A DNA stretch of 64,000 nt from Candidatus Latescibacterota bacterium (GCA_965197905.1 CBDAOB010000005.1:2112001-2176000); one strand, 5' to 3'. Shown: positions 46,676 to 57,721, numbered from the stretch's first letter. Notes: generated by a model not told the origin, from the sequence alone. Translations and numbers: made by a program.

Positions 46676-48480
46676 CAGACTTCCCTGTCCAGGGATTCTA
46701 CAACCTTCCTGGCTGACGCTTCCACCTGCGCCACATCCACAGCCGAGGAGGCTGCCGGCGCAAAACGGGCATAGTCGCACCGGGCAACAAGATCTCGAAC
46801 GCGATTGATCGTAGTCTCCGAGACCTGGGCTGTCTCAAGTGCCGCAACGAGCTCATCCTGGGTCAACCCCACCGCTGTAAGGTCCAGCAGGTCGGCCACC
46901 AGATGGGTTATTGCTCGATGAATCTCGGCGTGGATCTCCACCGGTTTCCCGGCCGCTCGCATATCTGCCACGGACTTCAAGCGTTGCTCCGCCGTCGAAC
47001 GCGCGTTTCTGCGCCGCACATAGGCGCGATCTCCAGACAGCCGTCTGTGGTGCCGTTGATACAGAAACAGCAGAGCAAAGGTCGCTGGCATTCCCAACTG
47101 CAGAAGCCAGAATAACCAGCTATTGTAATAGACAGGCGTCGTGGCCAATTCCTCCAGGTCGGGCTTGATGTGGCGGATATCGCTTCCCACCAGCTGGATC
47201 GCCTTACGGCTGAGCCCGTAGTTGGAAACCGTTTCATCGAGGGCACCGGGCGTCACCTCGATGCCCATAGCCCTGGAAGAGTTCTGCCGATAGATGCCGG
47301 CGTCAGGATCGAAGTAGGCAAGTTGGACGGGAGAAATCTGCAGCTTTCCTGCCTTCTCCGGAATCAGGATATATTCGAAGTTGCGCACCCCACCGTAAAC
47401 CCCGTTGTCGACATCGGCTATGGTTTCCACCTTGGGTTCGTACACCTTGAATCCTGCCGCCGCCGACGGATCGTCCAGATTGATCGCATCGATGTTGCCG
47501 CGACCTGAAACCTGGACCGTCAAGGTCACCGGATCCCCCGCGCGCACCATCGTCGGGCTCGCTTCCGCCGTTATTCCGAATTGTCCCACGGCCCCCTTGA
47601 AATCGGCGGGCCTTCCGCGACTCGGCAACGGCACAACCTGGATCTCCACCGCTTCTCCCCTAAGAACCACCGACTGCGACGAGCGACCAAAAAATCCGTC
47701 GAAATCGTCGAAAAAGAAACCGCTACGGCGGCGGCGTTGTGGGATGTCGCAGGACAGCGCCAGTGGCTCGATGGTATGAATGCCCGTGGCGGTGGGAAAT
47801 AGTGCAACCTTTTTCAGCGGCGCTACGTTGAACGGCAGATTGTTAATATGCTCCCTGCTCGGCTGCAGCTCCTTGGCGCTGAACAGTTCCTTGACCCAGA
47901 AACCGGAATAGGTAGGAATCTCCTTGAAACCCACATTCTGCAGCTGGAATCGGTAGCACAGATCGAAACCCAAGGTCGCCTGTTGACCTACGAACACCTG
48001 ACGGTGATCGATCGTAGTGCGAACAAAGAGGTTGTCACCCAGGTTGCCCTGGCCGGATGAGGTGGATGGGGTCGTGCCGGGGGGCACGGGTTGGATCGAG
48101 CCGGCAACAACCTCTACTGCCAACTTTCTAGTGACGTACTGTCTGCCTCGAAAATCCAGCTTGGCCGGGCCAATCTCAAGACGACCCGTCCTTCTGGCGT
48201 AAAGCGTATAGATAAGATCACGGGCAAATGTAGTTTCGGTGTTTACCATCTCGACCCGGGTACTGATGGTGGGACCTTCGACGTGGAACTCTGAAAGGGA
48301 GATCTGGGGTGCCGGAAGGTGGGATATGTTTTCTCGGGATTGGATAGTCAGCGTTAGTCGAACTGGATCCGCTTGTCCTACCCGGACGCGATCGACCGAC
48401 GCTGTGAATTCGAGCTCGACACCGTATGCCGGGCAAAACAGCGCAACTGTCAGCGACAATGCCGCGATACGCAAGACCAA
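46675..48480 (-). CDS. batD: BatD family protein
   Basis: FTASVDR, FKGAVGQF, GRGNI, DIRHIK and CDYARFAP motifs. Confidence 0.88.
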   Translation of the reverse strand: MVLRIAALSLTVALFCPAYGVELEFTASVDRVRVGQADPVRLTLTIQSRENISHLPAPQISLSEFHVEGPTISTRVEMVNTETTFARDLIYTLYARRTGRLEIGPAKLDFRGRQYVTRKLAVEVVAGSIQPVPPGTTPSTSSGQGNLGDNLFVRTTIDHRQVFVGQQATLGFDLCYRFQLQNVGFKEIPTYSGFWVKELFSAKELQPSREHINNLPFNVAPLKKVALFPTATGIHTIEPLALSCDIPQRRRRSGFFFDDFDGFFGRSSQSVVLRGEAVEIQVVPLPSRGRPADFKGAVGQFGITAEASPTMVRAGDPVTLTVQVSGRGNIDAINLDDPSAAAGFKVYEPKVETIADVDNGVYGGVRNFEYILIPEKAGKLQISPVQLAYFDPDAGIYRQNSSRAMGIEVTPGALDETVSNYGLSRKAIQLVGSDIRHIKPDLEELATTPVYYNSWLFWLLQLGMPATFALLFLYQRHHRRLSGDRAYVRRRNARSTAEQRLKSVADMRAAGKPVEIHAEIHRAITHLVADLLDLTAVGLTQDELVAALETAQVSETTINRVRDLVARCDYARFAPAASSAVDVAQVEASARKVVESLDREV

Positions 48481-49302
48481 TTACCAGTCCTTGCCTCGTG
48501 CTCCCCGTTCCGTTTTGGCTCGCCGCAACTGAGCCTGCTTCTCGAGATCCTGAAGCGCGTCCAGCAACCGCTCTGCTTCTTCCCGATTCAGCGAAGACAC
48601 GTTTTCGCCCGTGGCCTCTTGTGGCTCCATCTCTTCACCGGAGAGATTCTCCGGCGTCTCACCCTGTTCCCGTTCCTCGGGTTCCTGGTCAGGTTGATCT
48701 TGAGAACCGTGATTCGGATTCTCGCTGCTGTCCCTATCGCTCTCTTCCCTGTCTTCTTGCTCTTCCCCGTCCCTTTGCTGTTGCTGCTGTTGTTGCTTCT
48801 GTTGCTCTTCGAGGCGTTCCTGCGCCATCTCGAGATGAAGCTTTGCCTGTAGATCCCCCGAGTCGATCTCTAACACTTGCTTGAAGGCCTCGGCCGCTGG
48901 CCCAAACGCCTCTTGTTGGAAAAGGGTCTTTCCCATGTTGAAAAACGCATCTGCCTGTAGCTGAGACTCCCTGCCTGCTACGGAAGCGCGCTCGAACTGC
49001 TCCAGCGCCTCATCCGGTTTGCCCAGCTGATACAGGGCGTCGCCTGTATTGAAGTGAAGTAGGGCCGATTCGGGACGTTCGAGTTGAGCGTCCCGATACA
49101 ACCTCAATGCCTCCTCGAACTGCTGTCGTTCGTAGAGCTCCTTGGCTTCGGCTGCCCGCGCTGCCGCTGCATCGCCAACCACGGCACCCGTCTGCAGCAT
49201 CCAGTTGCCCCCCAGAACCACCGCGATCAGCGGACCGGCAAGTAACGGAGTCGCGCTTCGCAAGATCCTTTGCCATATCGCTCTATATTCGTTCCGTGCC
49301 AT
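48481..49302 (-). CDS. batC: BatC-like TPR protein with Q/E-rich tail
   Basis: TPRs, polyQ, AERLLDAL...KDW C-terminus; start uncertain (49302 or 49353). Confidence 0.82.
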   Translation of the reverse strand: MARNEYRAIWQRILRSATPLLAGPLIAVVLGGNWMLQTGAVVGDAAAARAAEAKELYERQQFEEALRLYRDAQLERPESALLHFNTGDALYQLGKPDEALEQFERASVAGRESQLQADAFFNMGKTLFQQEAFGPAAEAFKQVLEIDSGDLQAKLHLEMAQERLEEQQKQQQQQQQRDGEEQEDREESDRDSSENPNHGSQDQPDQEPEEREQGETPENLSGEEMEPQEATGENVSSLNREEAERLLDALQDLEKQAQLRRAKTERGARGKDW

Positions 49303-49331
49303 CGTTATTCGAGAAAACGTCCGATCGACGC

Positions 49332-50354
49332 CTATTCGAAGCGCCCGCGCCACTCAGCCTTTTGTCGCCGGCGCTCAGACAGAAGCAGCTCCGTGGTGAA
49401 GAGCAGCAGCGCCACAAAGAGGGGAGATTGGTAACGTTCCTCGAACTCGGTAAACCGGTTCGAACCGAATTCCTTTTGCTCGAGTTCCTGCAATCCTTCG
49501 TAGATTCGCTCCAATTCGCCCCCGTCTAGACTGGTACGATAGTAATCTCCGTCCGTTGCCAGCGTCAATTGTTTCAAGAATCCTTCGTCAAGGCGCGTCT
49601 TCACGTAGTTCCCTTCAGCGTCCTTGTGATAATTCAGTCCGCCATCGCCTTCCTCGGGGATGAGCTCTCCACCCTGAGTTCCCATGCCGACAGCGAAAAC
49701 GCGGATCCCGAGCTCCGCGAGCTCCTCAGCCGTTTCCAGTACCGTCCCTAGGTGGTCTTCTCCATCTGTGAATAGGACGACCGCTTTGGAGGATGCACTT
49801 CCTGCGTCGAAACATCTCGCCGCCGTCCGCAACGCGTCGGCCAAGGCCGTTCCCTGAACTGGAATGAAGTTGCTGTCGAGAACCTCGAGGAACAGGCGCA
49901 GTGCGCCGTGATCCAGGGTCAGTGGGCAAACGATTTGGGCCAGTCCGGCGAATCCAACCAGCCCGATCCGATCGCCCGGCAGCTGGTCGATCAATTCGCC
50001 CACCTGATACTTCGCCCGCTGCAGACGACTGGGTTGCAGATCTTGAGCCTGCATCGACCTCGAGACGTCGAGAACCACGACCACTTCCACACCTTTGTGC
50101 GACGCCATGGAGAGTTTTGCTCCCAGCTGAGGTCCGGTCAAAGCCAGAAGGAGAAAGAGAGAACCCGCCACGAACAGCACGACTTTCGAACGCTGTCGGG
50201 TCCGGCTGATTCCCTGAGTCAGCTTGTCCGCGAGCTCGGTGCCGGCGAACTGGGCCAGGCCCTGGCGTTTGCGCAACGCGACCCACATGAAGAACAAACC
50301 CAAAGAAGGAAGGAGAAAGAGGAACCAAAAATAATGCGGATTTCCAAAGCTCAT
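49332..50354 (-). CDS. batB: BatB VWA domain protein
   Basis: MIDAS DVSRS, PSRL, DRIGLVGFAG and TDGED motifs. Confidence 0.88.
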   Translation of the reverse strand: MSFGNPHYFWFLFLLPSLGLFFMWVALRKRQGLAQFAGTELADKLTQGISRTRQRSKVVLFVAGSLFLLLALTGPQLGAKLSMASHKGVEVVVVLDVSRSMQAQDLQPSRLQRAKYQVGELIDQLPGDRIGLVGFAGLAQIVCPLTLDHGALRLFLEVLDSNFIPVQGTALADALRTAARCFDAGSASSKAVVLFTDGEDHLGTVLETAEELAELGIRVFAVGMGTQGGELIPEEGDGGLNYHKDAEGNYVKTRLDEGFLKQLTLATDGDYYRTSLDGGELERIYEGLQELEQKEFGSNRFTEFEERYQSPLFVALLLFTTELLLSERRRQKAEWRGRFE

Positions 50355-50366
50355 TCGCGACCAACC

Positions 50367-51380
50367 TCAAGGGATTGTGCGGAATCGTGTGCCGGACAGC
50401 ACCGCGGCAAGGAGCAGGCATGTTAGCCCGGACCACAAGAACGACTGGAATCGATCAGAATAGTCTATCTGTACATCTGACTCGATCGCGGTGGTCTCGA
50501 GTTCGCCGATCTCGGCGTAAATCTGTTCCAGCTTCTCTTCGCTCGTCGCGCGAAAGTACCTGCCGCCGGTTTGTGCCGCTACGTCGCGGAGCACTTCCTC
50601 ATCTATCTCCACCCGCACGGTTTGATACCGTGTTCCGAAGATTCCTTTGGTGGGTCGCTGGATCGTACCATCGCTGCCAACTCCGATGGTATATATGCGA
50701 ATACCGACGGCCGCAGCCAGGTTGGCAGCGGTGAGAGGATCGATCTCTCCGGCATTGTTCACGCCGTCGGTCAACAGAATAACCACCTTGCTCCTGGCCT
50801 CGGATTCTCGCAGCCGATTGCAAGCGTTTATGAGTGCCATGCCAATGGCAGTACCATCCCACGACTCGTCCGCAATTTCGATCTGGTTTAGAAAATCACC
50901 AAGAATGACATAGTCCAGGGTCAGGGGACACTGGGTAAAGCTCTCGGCCGCGAATGAGATCAACCCCATCCGATCGCTGGTTCGGCCCTCGATGAATTCC
51001 GCCACCACATCCTTGGCGATTGCCAGGCGACTTTTCCGGCCCTCGTTCAGATCGTCGAGCTCCATGCTGCTGGACACGTCGATCGTCAACATGATGTCGA
51101 TGCCGTCGGCCGCAATGGAGCGGCGCTCCTGGCCGTACTGCGGTCTCGCCATCGCCAACATCAAACTGCCGACGCCTAGCAGTTTCAGCACGAACAGGCC
51201 GTGCCTCATATGCGCCCACAGCGTGTTTGGGAGTCCTTGAAACACGCGCAACCCGGAATAACGTACGCTTGCTCGTCCGTCGCGGTGCTCGAGGAAATAG
51301 CGGTAGACAAACACCGGCAGAAGAACCAGAAGAAGAAGCCACTCAGGGGTCGCGAAACGAAGGTCAGCCAACGCGCTCAA
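50367..51380 (-). CDS. batA: BatA VWA domain protein
   Basis: DVSSSM, GTAIG, LLTDGVNNAG and TGGRYFRA motifs. Confidence 0.9.
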   Translation of the reverse strand: MSALADLRFATPEWLLLLVLLPVFVYRYFLEHRDGRASVRYSGLRVFQGLPNTLWAHMRHGLFVLKLLGVGSLMLAMARPQYGQERRSIAADGIDIMLTIDVSSSMELDDLNEGRKSRLAIAKDVVAEFIEGRTSDRMGLISFAAESFTQCPLTLDYVILGDFLNQIEIADESWDGTAIGMALINACNRLRESEARSKVVILLTDGVNNAGEIDPLTAANLAAAVGIRIYTIGVGSDGTIQRPTKGIFGTRYQTVRVEIDEEVLRDVAAQTGGRYFRATSEEKLEQIYAEIGELETTAIESDVQIDYSDRFQSFLWSGLTCLLLAAVLSGTRFRTIP

Positions 51381-52306
51381 CCTGTCACTGCGCCTTCTGC
51401 AGGCGGCGAGACGGCGGATTCTACTTTACTCACGATGGACACTCCGGCCTGGGGAACCCACCGTGCGCCGCTCAGCGCCGGAGCGTATTTGGCGAATTTC
51501 ACCAAATCTGCGGTGCGCAGGAAATCCTCTACGTTTCCCAAAGCCCCCTGATCCACCGCCGGGTGCGCCCTCAGGTCAGCAACGATCTCGTCGGTGGTCC
51601 TTTCCATCGTTTCGACTTCGAGAGCGTTATGTAGAAATCGTCTGAGATTTTCTGAAAGCAGCGAATAGAACTGTTTGGTTTCCCCTTTCTCCAGCAGACC
51701 CATCCCTGCAATGCGCACAAACTCCGCGGCAAAATCGACCGGGGGCTCGGGTTCCGAATCAGGCGTTCCTCTATCTCGTCTCGAGACCCAGTAAACGAGA
51801 CCCATAAGCCCGATAGCGACGGCAGCAACGAGCACACCGGCCAGCCACAAAGGAATTCCTCCGGCGACTTCCCGCGGTGGACGGATGTCCGAAGGGGCGA
51901 TCTCTCCATCGGCGCGAACGCTAACGACCTCGATTTCGAGCGGATGCGAGTAGAAGGTCGCAGTATCTCCGGATGCGGCGATAAAGGTAACGGGTAATGG
52001 GGGAATTTGGTACTCACCCACCTGGAAGAGCCGCAGCTCAAATCTCGGTGAATTCAGCGAAACGCTTCCGTCCTGATCATCGTTCTGGATTAACGGTCGC
52101 GGCGAGAATTGATCCAGCGATTGAAATGCCTTCTCTAGATCGAATTTCTCGAAGTGCCCGGACTCAATGGTCAGGGTGAGGAGAATCGGGTCGCCAACGG
52201 TCACCGATGAGCTGTCGATGGCCGCAACAACGCGCGGATGTGTCTGTGGGGAGGAAGATGCCTCTCCAGCTGCGACAGCTACTATCAGAAGCCAGCCAAG
52301 AATCAT
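51377..52306 (-). CDS. Bat-operon conserved membrane protein (BatD-like N-domain, single TM)
   Basis: VTVGDPI, DIRPP, TM, ERTTDE and DLVKFAK; typical of the gene preceding batA. Confidence 0.75.
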   Translation of the reverse strand: MILGWLLIVAVAAGEASSSPQTHPRVVAAIDSSSVTVGDPILLTLTIESGHFEKFDLEKAFQSLDQFSPRPLIQNDDQDGSVSLNSPRFELRLFQVGEYQIPPLPVTFIAASGDTATFYSHPLEIEVVSVRADGEIAPSDIRPPREVAGGIPLWLAGVLVAAVAIGLMGLVYWVSRRDRGTPDSEPEPPVDFAAEFVRIAGMGLLEKGETKQFYSLLSENLRRFLHNALEVETMERTTDEIVADLRAHPAVDQGALGNVEDFLRTADLVKFAKYAPALSGARWVPQAGVSIVSKVESAVSPPAEGAVTG

Positions 52307-53697
52307 TGCTCCTGAGCTTCAGGCTTTTTTTGAAGCACTTGATCGAGACTCAAGGAAAGATCGTCGGCGACGTCTTCGTGAATGGCGTAGACGGACGGAA
52401 CGTCCCGGCGCATGCAGTACACCAAGCCCGCCTTCGACCTTCCCAAGTCGACCTCCAGCACGGTTTTTTCGGCGCCCATCAGTTTGATGGAGTAACGTGG
52501 ATCGTCCAGACCGTATGTGGACAGGTCCGTCTCATTGTCGCTCACGAACTTAACGACCTCCAGTTCCGTCAGATCGGTCATCAAGCTGTTGAACTTCCAC
52601 GATCGCGTTGCGCGATCAGATTCCGGCGATACCACTTGCCAGGTGTCGGCGGTATCCTTTTCGGCTACTATCTGCTCGTCCATCCCGTTTGCTTCTATTC
52701 GAGCCACCTCACTGCGATCGAATTTAAACGGTTTGCGATCGCGCAATTCGTGGGGAGGTTTCAGCAAGGCCGTAACGATAGTAGAATCCACCAGAAATAC
52801 CGGAGGCCGGCTCAGATCGCGGGCGAAATACCTGATGCCGTCTTCGGTTGCCCCCAAGCGGAGACGCTTCTCCGCCCTCTCCTCGCCGATAATCAGCGAA
52901 ACCTCGAAATTCACCAGACCGGCGAGGCCATATCCTGCTATCTCTGCCTCGGAAGGCACCTCGGCAACAAACGTGTCGATCTTGGCGTTCTGTATTTTCG
53001 CGAGCAGCGAGTCCACCGCTTCCAGGTTTGCCGGCACATCGGTGGGCTCCTTAACGCGCCAGTCCTCATCCCCCTTCAGCAGAACCATCCGGCCCTCCGG
53101 TCTCGCAACCCGAATCTCCCGGACCTCCTTCTTGTCGAACGGCAGGACGCGACGATCGCGCAGCGCAAAGACACCTTTATCGAGGCCGTCGTAGCGCCAT
53201 GATCGAACAGTAAAGATCTCCCGATTTCGGCCGCCTTGTTGGGCGTAGACGTATGAGCCCGTCGGGTTCTTGGGGCCGAAATAGATCGTATCCAACGCGG
53301 TCGAATCCGTCTCAACCAGAAGCTCCAGGAGAGGCGAAGCCAATTCATACCGCCGTACCAGGGAAATATCATCTGCCACCGCCCCGCTGTCGGCGATCAG
53401 ACGCTCGCGCTCAGTATCGCGAATGTTGTCGACGAATCTCCGCAGGGCCGATTCATCGGCTGCGCTTTCCACGGGCCTCGTCAGAAACCATTCGTCGTCC
53501 CGTTTCTCCAGTTCGATGGTGGTGTCGCCGCGATCTATGACGAATCGCTTCGGATCGGAACCGTCGAAATCGAGAAGTTTCTTCTCCCGTTGCTCGACAG
53601 CCTCTCTTTCCTCGCCACCCTTGATCTCATAGAAGTAGACGAACGCCAGCAGCCCGGCAAAGGCGACGGCGAGAATGGCATTGGTCTTGAGATTCAT
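52303..53697 (-). CDS. DUF4340 domain protein
   Basis: N-terminal TM; repeated YGLxxP and LRDR units; follows GldG. Confidence 0.8.
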   Translation of the reverse strand: MNLKTNAILAVAFAGLLAFVYFYEIKGGEEREAVEQREKKLLDFDGSDPKRFVIDRGDTTIELEKRDDEWFLTRPVESAADESALRRFVDNIRDTERERLIADSGAVADDISLVRRYELASPLLELLVETDSTALDTIYFGPKNPTGSYVYAQQGGRNREIFTVRSWRYDGLDKGVFALRDRRVLPFDKKEVREIRVARPEGRMVLLKGDEDWRVKEPTDVPANLEAVDSLLAKIQNAKIDTFVAEVPSEAEIAGYGLAGLVNFEVSLIIGEERAEKRLRLGATEDGIRYFARDLSRPPVFLVDSTIVTALLKPPHELRDRKPFKFDRSEVARIEANGMDEQIVAEKDTADTWQVVSPESDRATRSWKFNSLMTDLTELEVVKFVSDNETDLSTYGLDDPRYSIKLMGAEKTVLEVDLGRSKAGLVYCMRRDVPSVYAIHEDVADDLSLSLDQVLQKKPEAQEQ

Positions 53698-53700
53698 AAT

Positions 53701-56700
53701 CTACCCTTGCATGAACGTGCGTTTGATCCAGACTAGTAGAGCTCCGTTGACGATGAACAGACCGGCGAACACCAGCTGGATGGTCTCCTGCGGAATGGCG
53801 ACGAAACCGATGCCGACGTTGAACACGCAAAGCACCAGCGCCGGCATCCACGCCCACTCCGCACGCCGGAACAAACCGACGGCGACGCCGGCGCTGAGCA
53901 ACGCCGCCAACAGGTAACCTTCTCCACTCAAGACCTCGCCAGCGCTGGCGCCAATAACGCCGAGAACGAAGAAAAAGACAGCGACGGCCGCGAAATTGAA
54001 GGTCAGCCATATCGTGAGACTTTCATAATACGTTTCGTATCCCCGCCTCAGCACGATTATCAAACCGGAAAGCGCCACTGCCAAAGGAAGAACAAAAACC
54101 GATCCCCAGATCACAGCGGGAGCGTTTGTATAGGTGAGATAGACCGGCGTGTTCGCCGGCTCCTTTACAGGAATGCTGAGTTTATCGCGACTTTCGGTTA
54201 ACCACTTGATCGAGCTGACGATCAGCTCGCCGTTCACCTGTTGACCAAAGAACTGATTGCGCACGAAGTCGGAGTCTCCGAACAGGACGAAGCGGGTTTT
54301 GATGCCGGCATCGACCAGAGAGTCGGGCTGCGCTTCAACCGCGACGCCCAACGACAACGGGCCCCGCGCATCCGTGCCGCGGTCGAATTCAACCTTTGCT
54401 TCGCGTCCGAAGATGGGATCGAGGTTCGTCTCGCCCCAGCTGCTCTGGTGGGTCATCAGCAACGAAACGACCTGGGTCTCGGCGGCCACAGCCGTAGGGC
54501 GCAACGACGGCATTCTCATCACCGACCTGGCCAGGGGGAAGAAACTCATTCCCCCCCGTGGTATTGCCTGGGTAATGGCGTGATCCCCGTACTGAACCAC
54601 CACCGGCGAGGAGACATCCGCTCCAAACAGCTGTCCGATGCCGCTGGCATCAACTACGAAGTTCTGTCCCAGCTGCACTTGATAGTGGATGAAGGTCCTC
54701 TCCAAGCCGGTGCGTAGACCAGGGTCCAACAGGAAGAGGGCTTTCTTGCCTCTGCTGAGGTGCCTTTGGATCTCTTCCCTGTCCTCGTTGGTAAACGGCT
54801 CTTTTGGCGCCAGCACTACCAGGAGCTCGGCATCTTCTGGAATGCCACCTTGATTCAACACCAGATCGCCCGACACCCCGTAGTTCATCTCCTCCAGGCG
54901 CCCCTTCAACATGCTGAATCCGTTTCCGTCCACGAGCCCGAGGTCTCCCTCCCCATGTCCTCCCGTGAAGTAGATCTGCCGCACCTCGGCTTTGATGGCA
55001 CGCTGAATCGCGTTGCTCAGTGCTTCCTCGGTTTGCGCGGTAATGCGCTCGGTGCGGACCTCGCCACCGACGTCGGCTTCTATGATGGAGGTGCCCTGCT
55101 CTTTGACCGCATACTGCTTGAGCTCCACGGCATGTTTCTTTGGATCCATCATTTCGAACTCGAAATTACCCGATAGGTGCGAATACTCTTCAAGGAGATC
55201 CCGAAGCCGAGGACTCTCGAGCTCACTCATAAACGATTTCACCGAGATGAAGTGATTGTCCTGCTCCAGCGGCTCGAGAAGACCTTTGGTGTCATCCGAC
55301 AGAGTGAACAGCTTCTCGGCAGTAACGTCGACCCGTTTGTTGTAGCTCTCTCCTAGATAGTTGATAACCCCGACGATAAGGAGCACGACCGCAACCCCCA
55401 GACCGGCAGCCAAGAGATCGGCCAAGCTCCAACTGCCCTTGCTGGAGACGATGGCGATGCCGATGAGAGACACGGCGGCGGGCCACAGCACCACACTGAT
55501 CCAGAAAATCCAGTCGCTCTGGCTTTGAGTGAGAGCGATGGGATTGTGTCCGGCCTCCTTTGGACGGATCGATATGAGACTCTCGTCCTCAGCCAGCCAG
55601 CTTAGGGTATTCAAGACCAGATCACCGTTCCCCTGAAAATCGAAGAACTGATTCGAAGCAAAATCCGAGTCCCCGAAAACCACCAGGCGGCCGGCAGGCG
55701 TGCCGTCAGGTCTCGATCGCAGTCCGGCCACGGCGAGCGATATCGGCCCCAACCGGTCCTGATCTTCGTTCAACTCGACCTTGCGTTGCCCCTTGCGGCC
55801 GAGCACCCCCAGATCCGACTCTGCCCAACCCTGCTTGCTGGTCGCGATCAATACGGTGGCATCGATGCCGGGCTTCTCTTCCAGTTCCACCGATCTCGCC
55901 AGTTGAAAGAAGGTGAGCACTCCGTCATGTTTTTGAGTGATCGGGTGATCGCCGTAGCTGGAAGCAACGGGAGTTGTCATGTCGAGCCCGAAAAGAGATC
56001 CGATTCCGCTGGTGTCGATAACGAAATCCTCGTCGATCGCGACACCCCACTCCCTCAGCAGTCCGTCGAGACCGCTATCATTGAGGGGATCGAGAAGGAC
56101 AAGGAGCGATCCACCCCTTTCCAGATACCGGTGTATGGCATCGATCTCAGGCTGCAGGAACCTCAATTGGGGGCCGGCGATCATCAGCACCGCGCAATCC
56201 TCCGGCACGTGGCCGGTATGTCCGAGAAAGAGCGAGTCGGTGATGGCATAGTCGAAGTCTCGCAGCCTCGCCTTCAAAACGCCCAGAGCGCCCGGCTCGT
56301 CGCCGAGGTGAGCCTCGCCGTGGCCGGTGGTGAGATAGATCTTCTCCCGCCGGTCGCGCAGCACCTTTATGAGAGCGCTGGTGATCTCCTTTTCTTCGAG
56401 AGCGGTGATGCGCTGCCGGTTCCCATCCGCTTCCACCACTAGGGTATTGTATTGCTTGACGCCGTATTCCTGGGTTCGCTCTGGTTCTTTGTCCGGATCA
56501 ATCATTTCGTAGTCGAACCGCGAGCTGTAGGTAGTGTAGGTCTTCAACAGGGTTTCGAGCTCGTCGTTGGAACCTTCTTCCATGAAGGCAAGCACCTTCA
56601 CATCCCTTGCCATCGACTCCAGCGTTTGTTGCGTCAGATTGGCCAGGCTGTGGAGTCTTCCCGCGGTCATATCAAAACGCTCGTGGTAGCGCTCGGACAG

Positions 56701-56940
56701 GAAATTCACCAGGGCGACGATGCCCAAAACCAGGATCGTGCCCCAAAAAGCGTTGATCCACCGACCGTACTGGCGAAACAGATCTGGATTGAGAACGCCA
56801 GAGAAGACCAATAGCCCGATCCCCAGGCCCACATTCACCTTGGGAAGAGGTCCGGAATCGGATTCCAACAGCATGGCGAGGCCCCCGGCAACGATGAGTG
56901 CCGCACCCGCCAGGCTAATGGGAACCGTATAGTTCTTCAT
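53701..56940 (-). CDS. GldG-family ABC auxiliary protein with two tandem GldG modules
   Basis: TGHGE/GGHGE, SGIGxLFG and FGDSDFxxNQFF each occur twice. Confidence 0.85.
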   Translation of the reverse strand: MKNYTVPISLAGAALIVAGGLAMLLESDSGPLPKVNVGLGIGLLVFSGVLNPDLFRQYGRWINAFWGTILVLGIVALVNFLSERYHERFDMTAGRLHSLANLTQQTLESMARDVKVLAFMEEGSNDELETLLKTYTTYSSRFDYEMIDPDKEPERTQEYGVKQYNTLVVEADGNRQRITALEEKEITSALIKVLRDRREKIYLTTGHGEAHLGDEPGALGVLKARLRDFDYAITDSLFLGHTGHVPEDCAVLMIAGPQLRFLQPEIDAIHRYLERGGSLLVLLDPLNDSGLDGLLREWGVAIDEDFVIDTSGIGSLFGLDMTTPVASSYGDHPITQKHDGVLTFFQLARSVELEEKPGIDATVLIATSKQGWAESDLGVLGRKGQRKVELNEDQDRLGPISLAVAGLRSRPDGTPAGRLVVFGDSDFASNQFFDFQGNGDLVLNTLSWLAEDESLISIRPKEAGHNPIALTQSQSDWIFWISVVLWPAAVSLIGIAIVSSKGSWSLADLLAAGLGVAVVLLIVGVINYLGESYNKRVDVTAEKLFTLSDDTKGLLEPLEQDNHFISVKSFMSELESPRLRDLLEEYSHLSGNFEFEMMDPKKHAVELKQYAVKEQGTSIIEADVGGEVRTERITAQTEEALSNAIQRAIKAEVRQIYFTGGHGEGDLGLVDGNGFSMLKGRLEEMNYGVSGDLVLNQGGIPEDAELLVVLAPKEPFTNEDREEIQRHLSRGKKALFLLDPGLRTGLERTFIHYQVQLGQNFVVDASGIGQLFGADVSSPVVVQYGDHAITQAIPRGGMSFFPLARSVMRMPSLRPTAVAAETQVVSLLMTHQSSWGETNLDPIFGREAKVEFDRGTDARGPLSLGVAVEAQPDSLVDAGIKTRFVLFGDSDFVRNQFFGQQVNGELIVSSIKWLTESRDKLSIPVKEPANTPVYLTYTNAPAVIWGSVFVLPLAVALSGLIIVLRRGYETYYESLTIWLTFNFAAVAVFFFVLGVIGASAGEVLSGEGYLLAALLSAGVAVGLFRRAEWAWMPALVLCVFNVGIGFVAIPQETIQLVFAGLFIVNGALLVWIKRTFMQG

Positions 56941-56941
56941 C

Positions 56942-57721
56942 TCAGCGTCTCCATCTCGCCGACTCTACGACTCTGGTTGTTAGGAAAAGAGCCACGAAGA
57001 TAAAGCTCAGATAGAAGACGACATCCTTGCTGTCTATGACGCCCCTTTGAAAGTCCTGGAGATGTTGTATGAGCGACAGATACGACAGAATCTTGGCCGC
57101 GGTAGGGCCGGCGAAGCTGGCGGACCAATCGATCAGCCACAGCATGAGCAGCATTCCGAAGGACAGCAGCACGGCTACCACCTGGTTCTCGGTCAGTGCT
57201 GAGGCCAGCAATCCCACGGCAATGAAGGTGCCACCTAACAGGATGTATCCGAAATAAGCGGACCAGATCGGGCCCCAGTCCGGCTCCCCGTACACCTCGA
57301 GGATGACGCAGAAAACCAGGGTCAGCGCCACGATGAGGGTATACAGGGTCAAACAGGCGAAGAACTTGCCGAGGAGAACCTGGACTGTGGTGATGGGCGA
57401 GGTCATGAGAAGCTCCATGGTGCCGCCCTTCTTCTCCTCCGAGTAGAGCCGCATCGTCAGCATCGGCACCACCAGAAGCCAGATGAAGTCCATGATGCCG
57501 AAGAACTGAGTGACCACCATCTCGTTCAGGTTCAGATTTGGCAGCGTGCCGCCATAACGCTCCCGCTGCACAAATTGGAGACAGAGAAAGTTGAACTGCA
57601 TCAAAATGTTCCGAAACAGGTACCCGGTAAGGAACAAAAAGACGCCCGCAATCACGTACGCTACCGGCGATACGAAATAGGAACGTAGCTCTTTGGAGTA
57701 GACGGCGAGTAGGTTTCTCAT
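56942..57721 (-). CDS. ABC-2 permease, GldF-like
   Basis: KELRSYFVSP, TMRLYSEEKKGGTMELL, LGKF and NQVVA motifs. Confidence 0.9.
   Translation of the reverse strand: MRNLLAVYSKELRSYFVSPVAYVIAGVFLFLTGYLFRNILMQFNFLCLQFVQRERYGGTLPNLNLNEMVVTQFFGIMDFIWLLVVPMLTMRLYSEEKKGGTMELLMTSPITTVQVLLGKFFACLTLYTLIVALTLVFCVILEVYGEPDWGPIWSAYFGYILLGGTFIAVGLLASALTENQVVAVLLSFGMLLMLWLIDWSASFAGPTAAKILSYLSLIQHLQDFQRGVIDSKDVVFYLSFIFVALFLTTRVVESARWRR

Noticed and set aside
48770..48810. CAG/CAA polyglutamine repeat
   Set aside because: An ordinary feature of BatC tails
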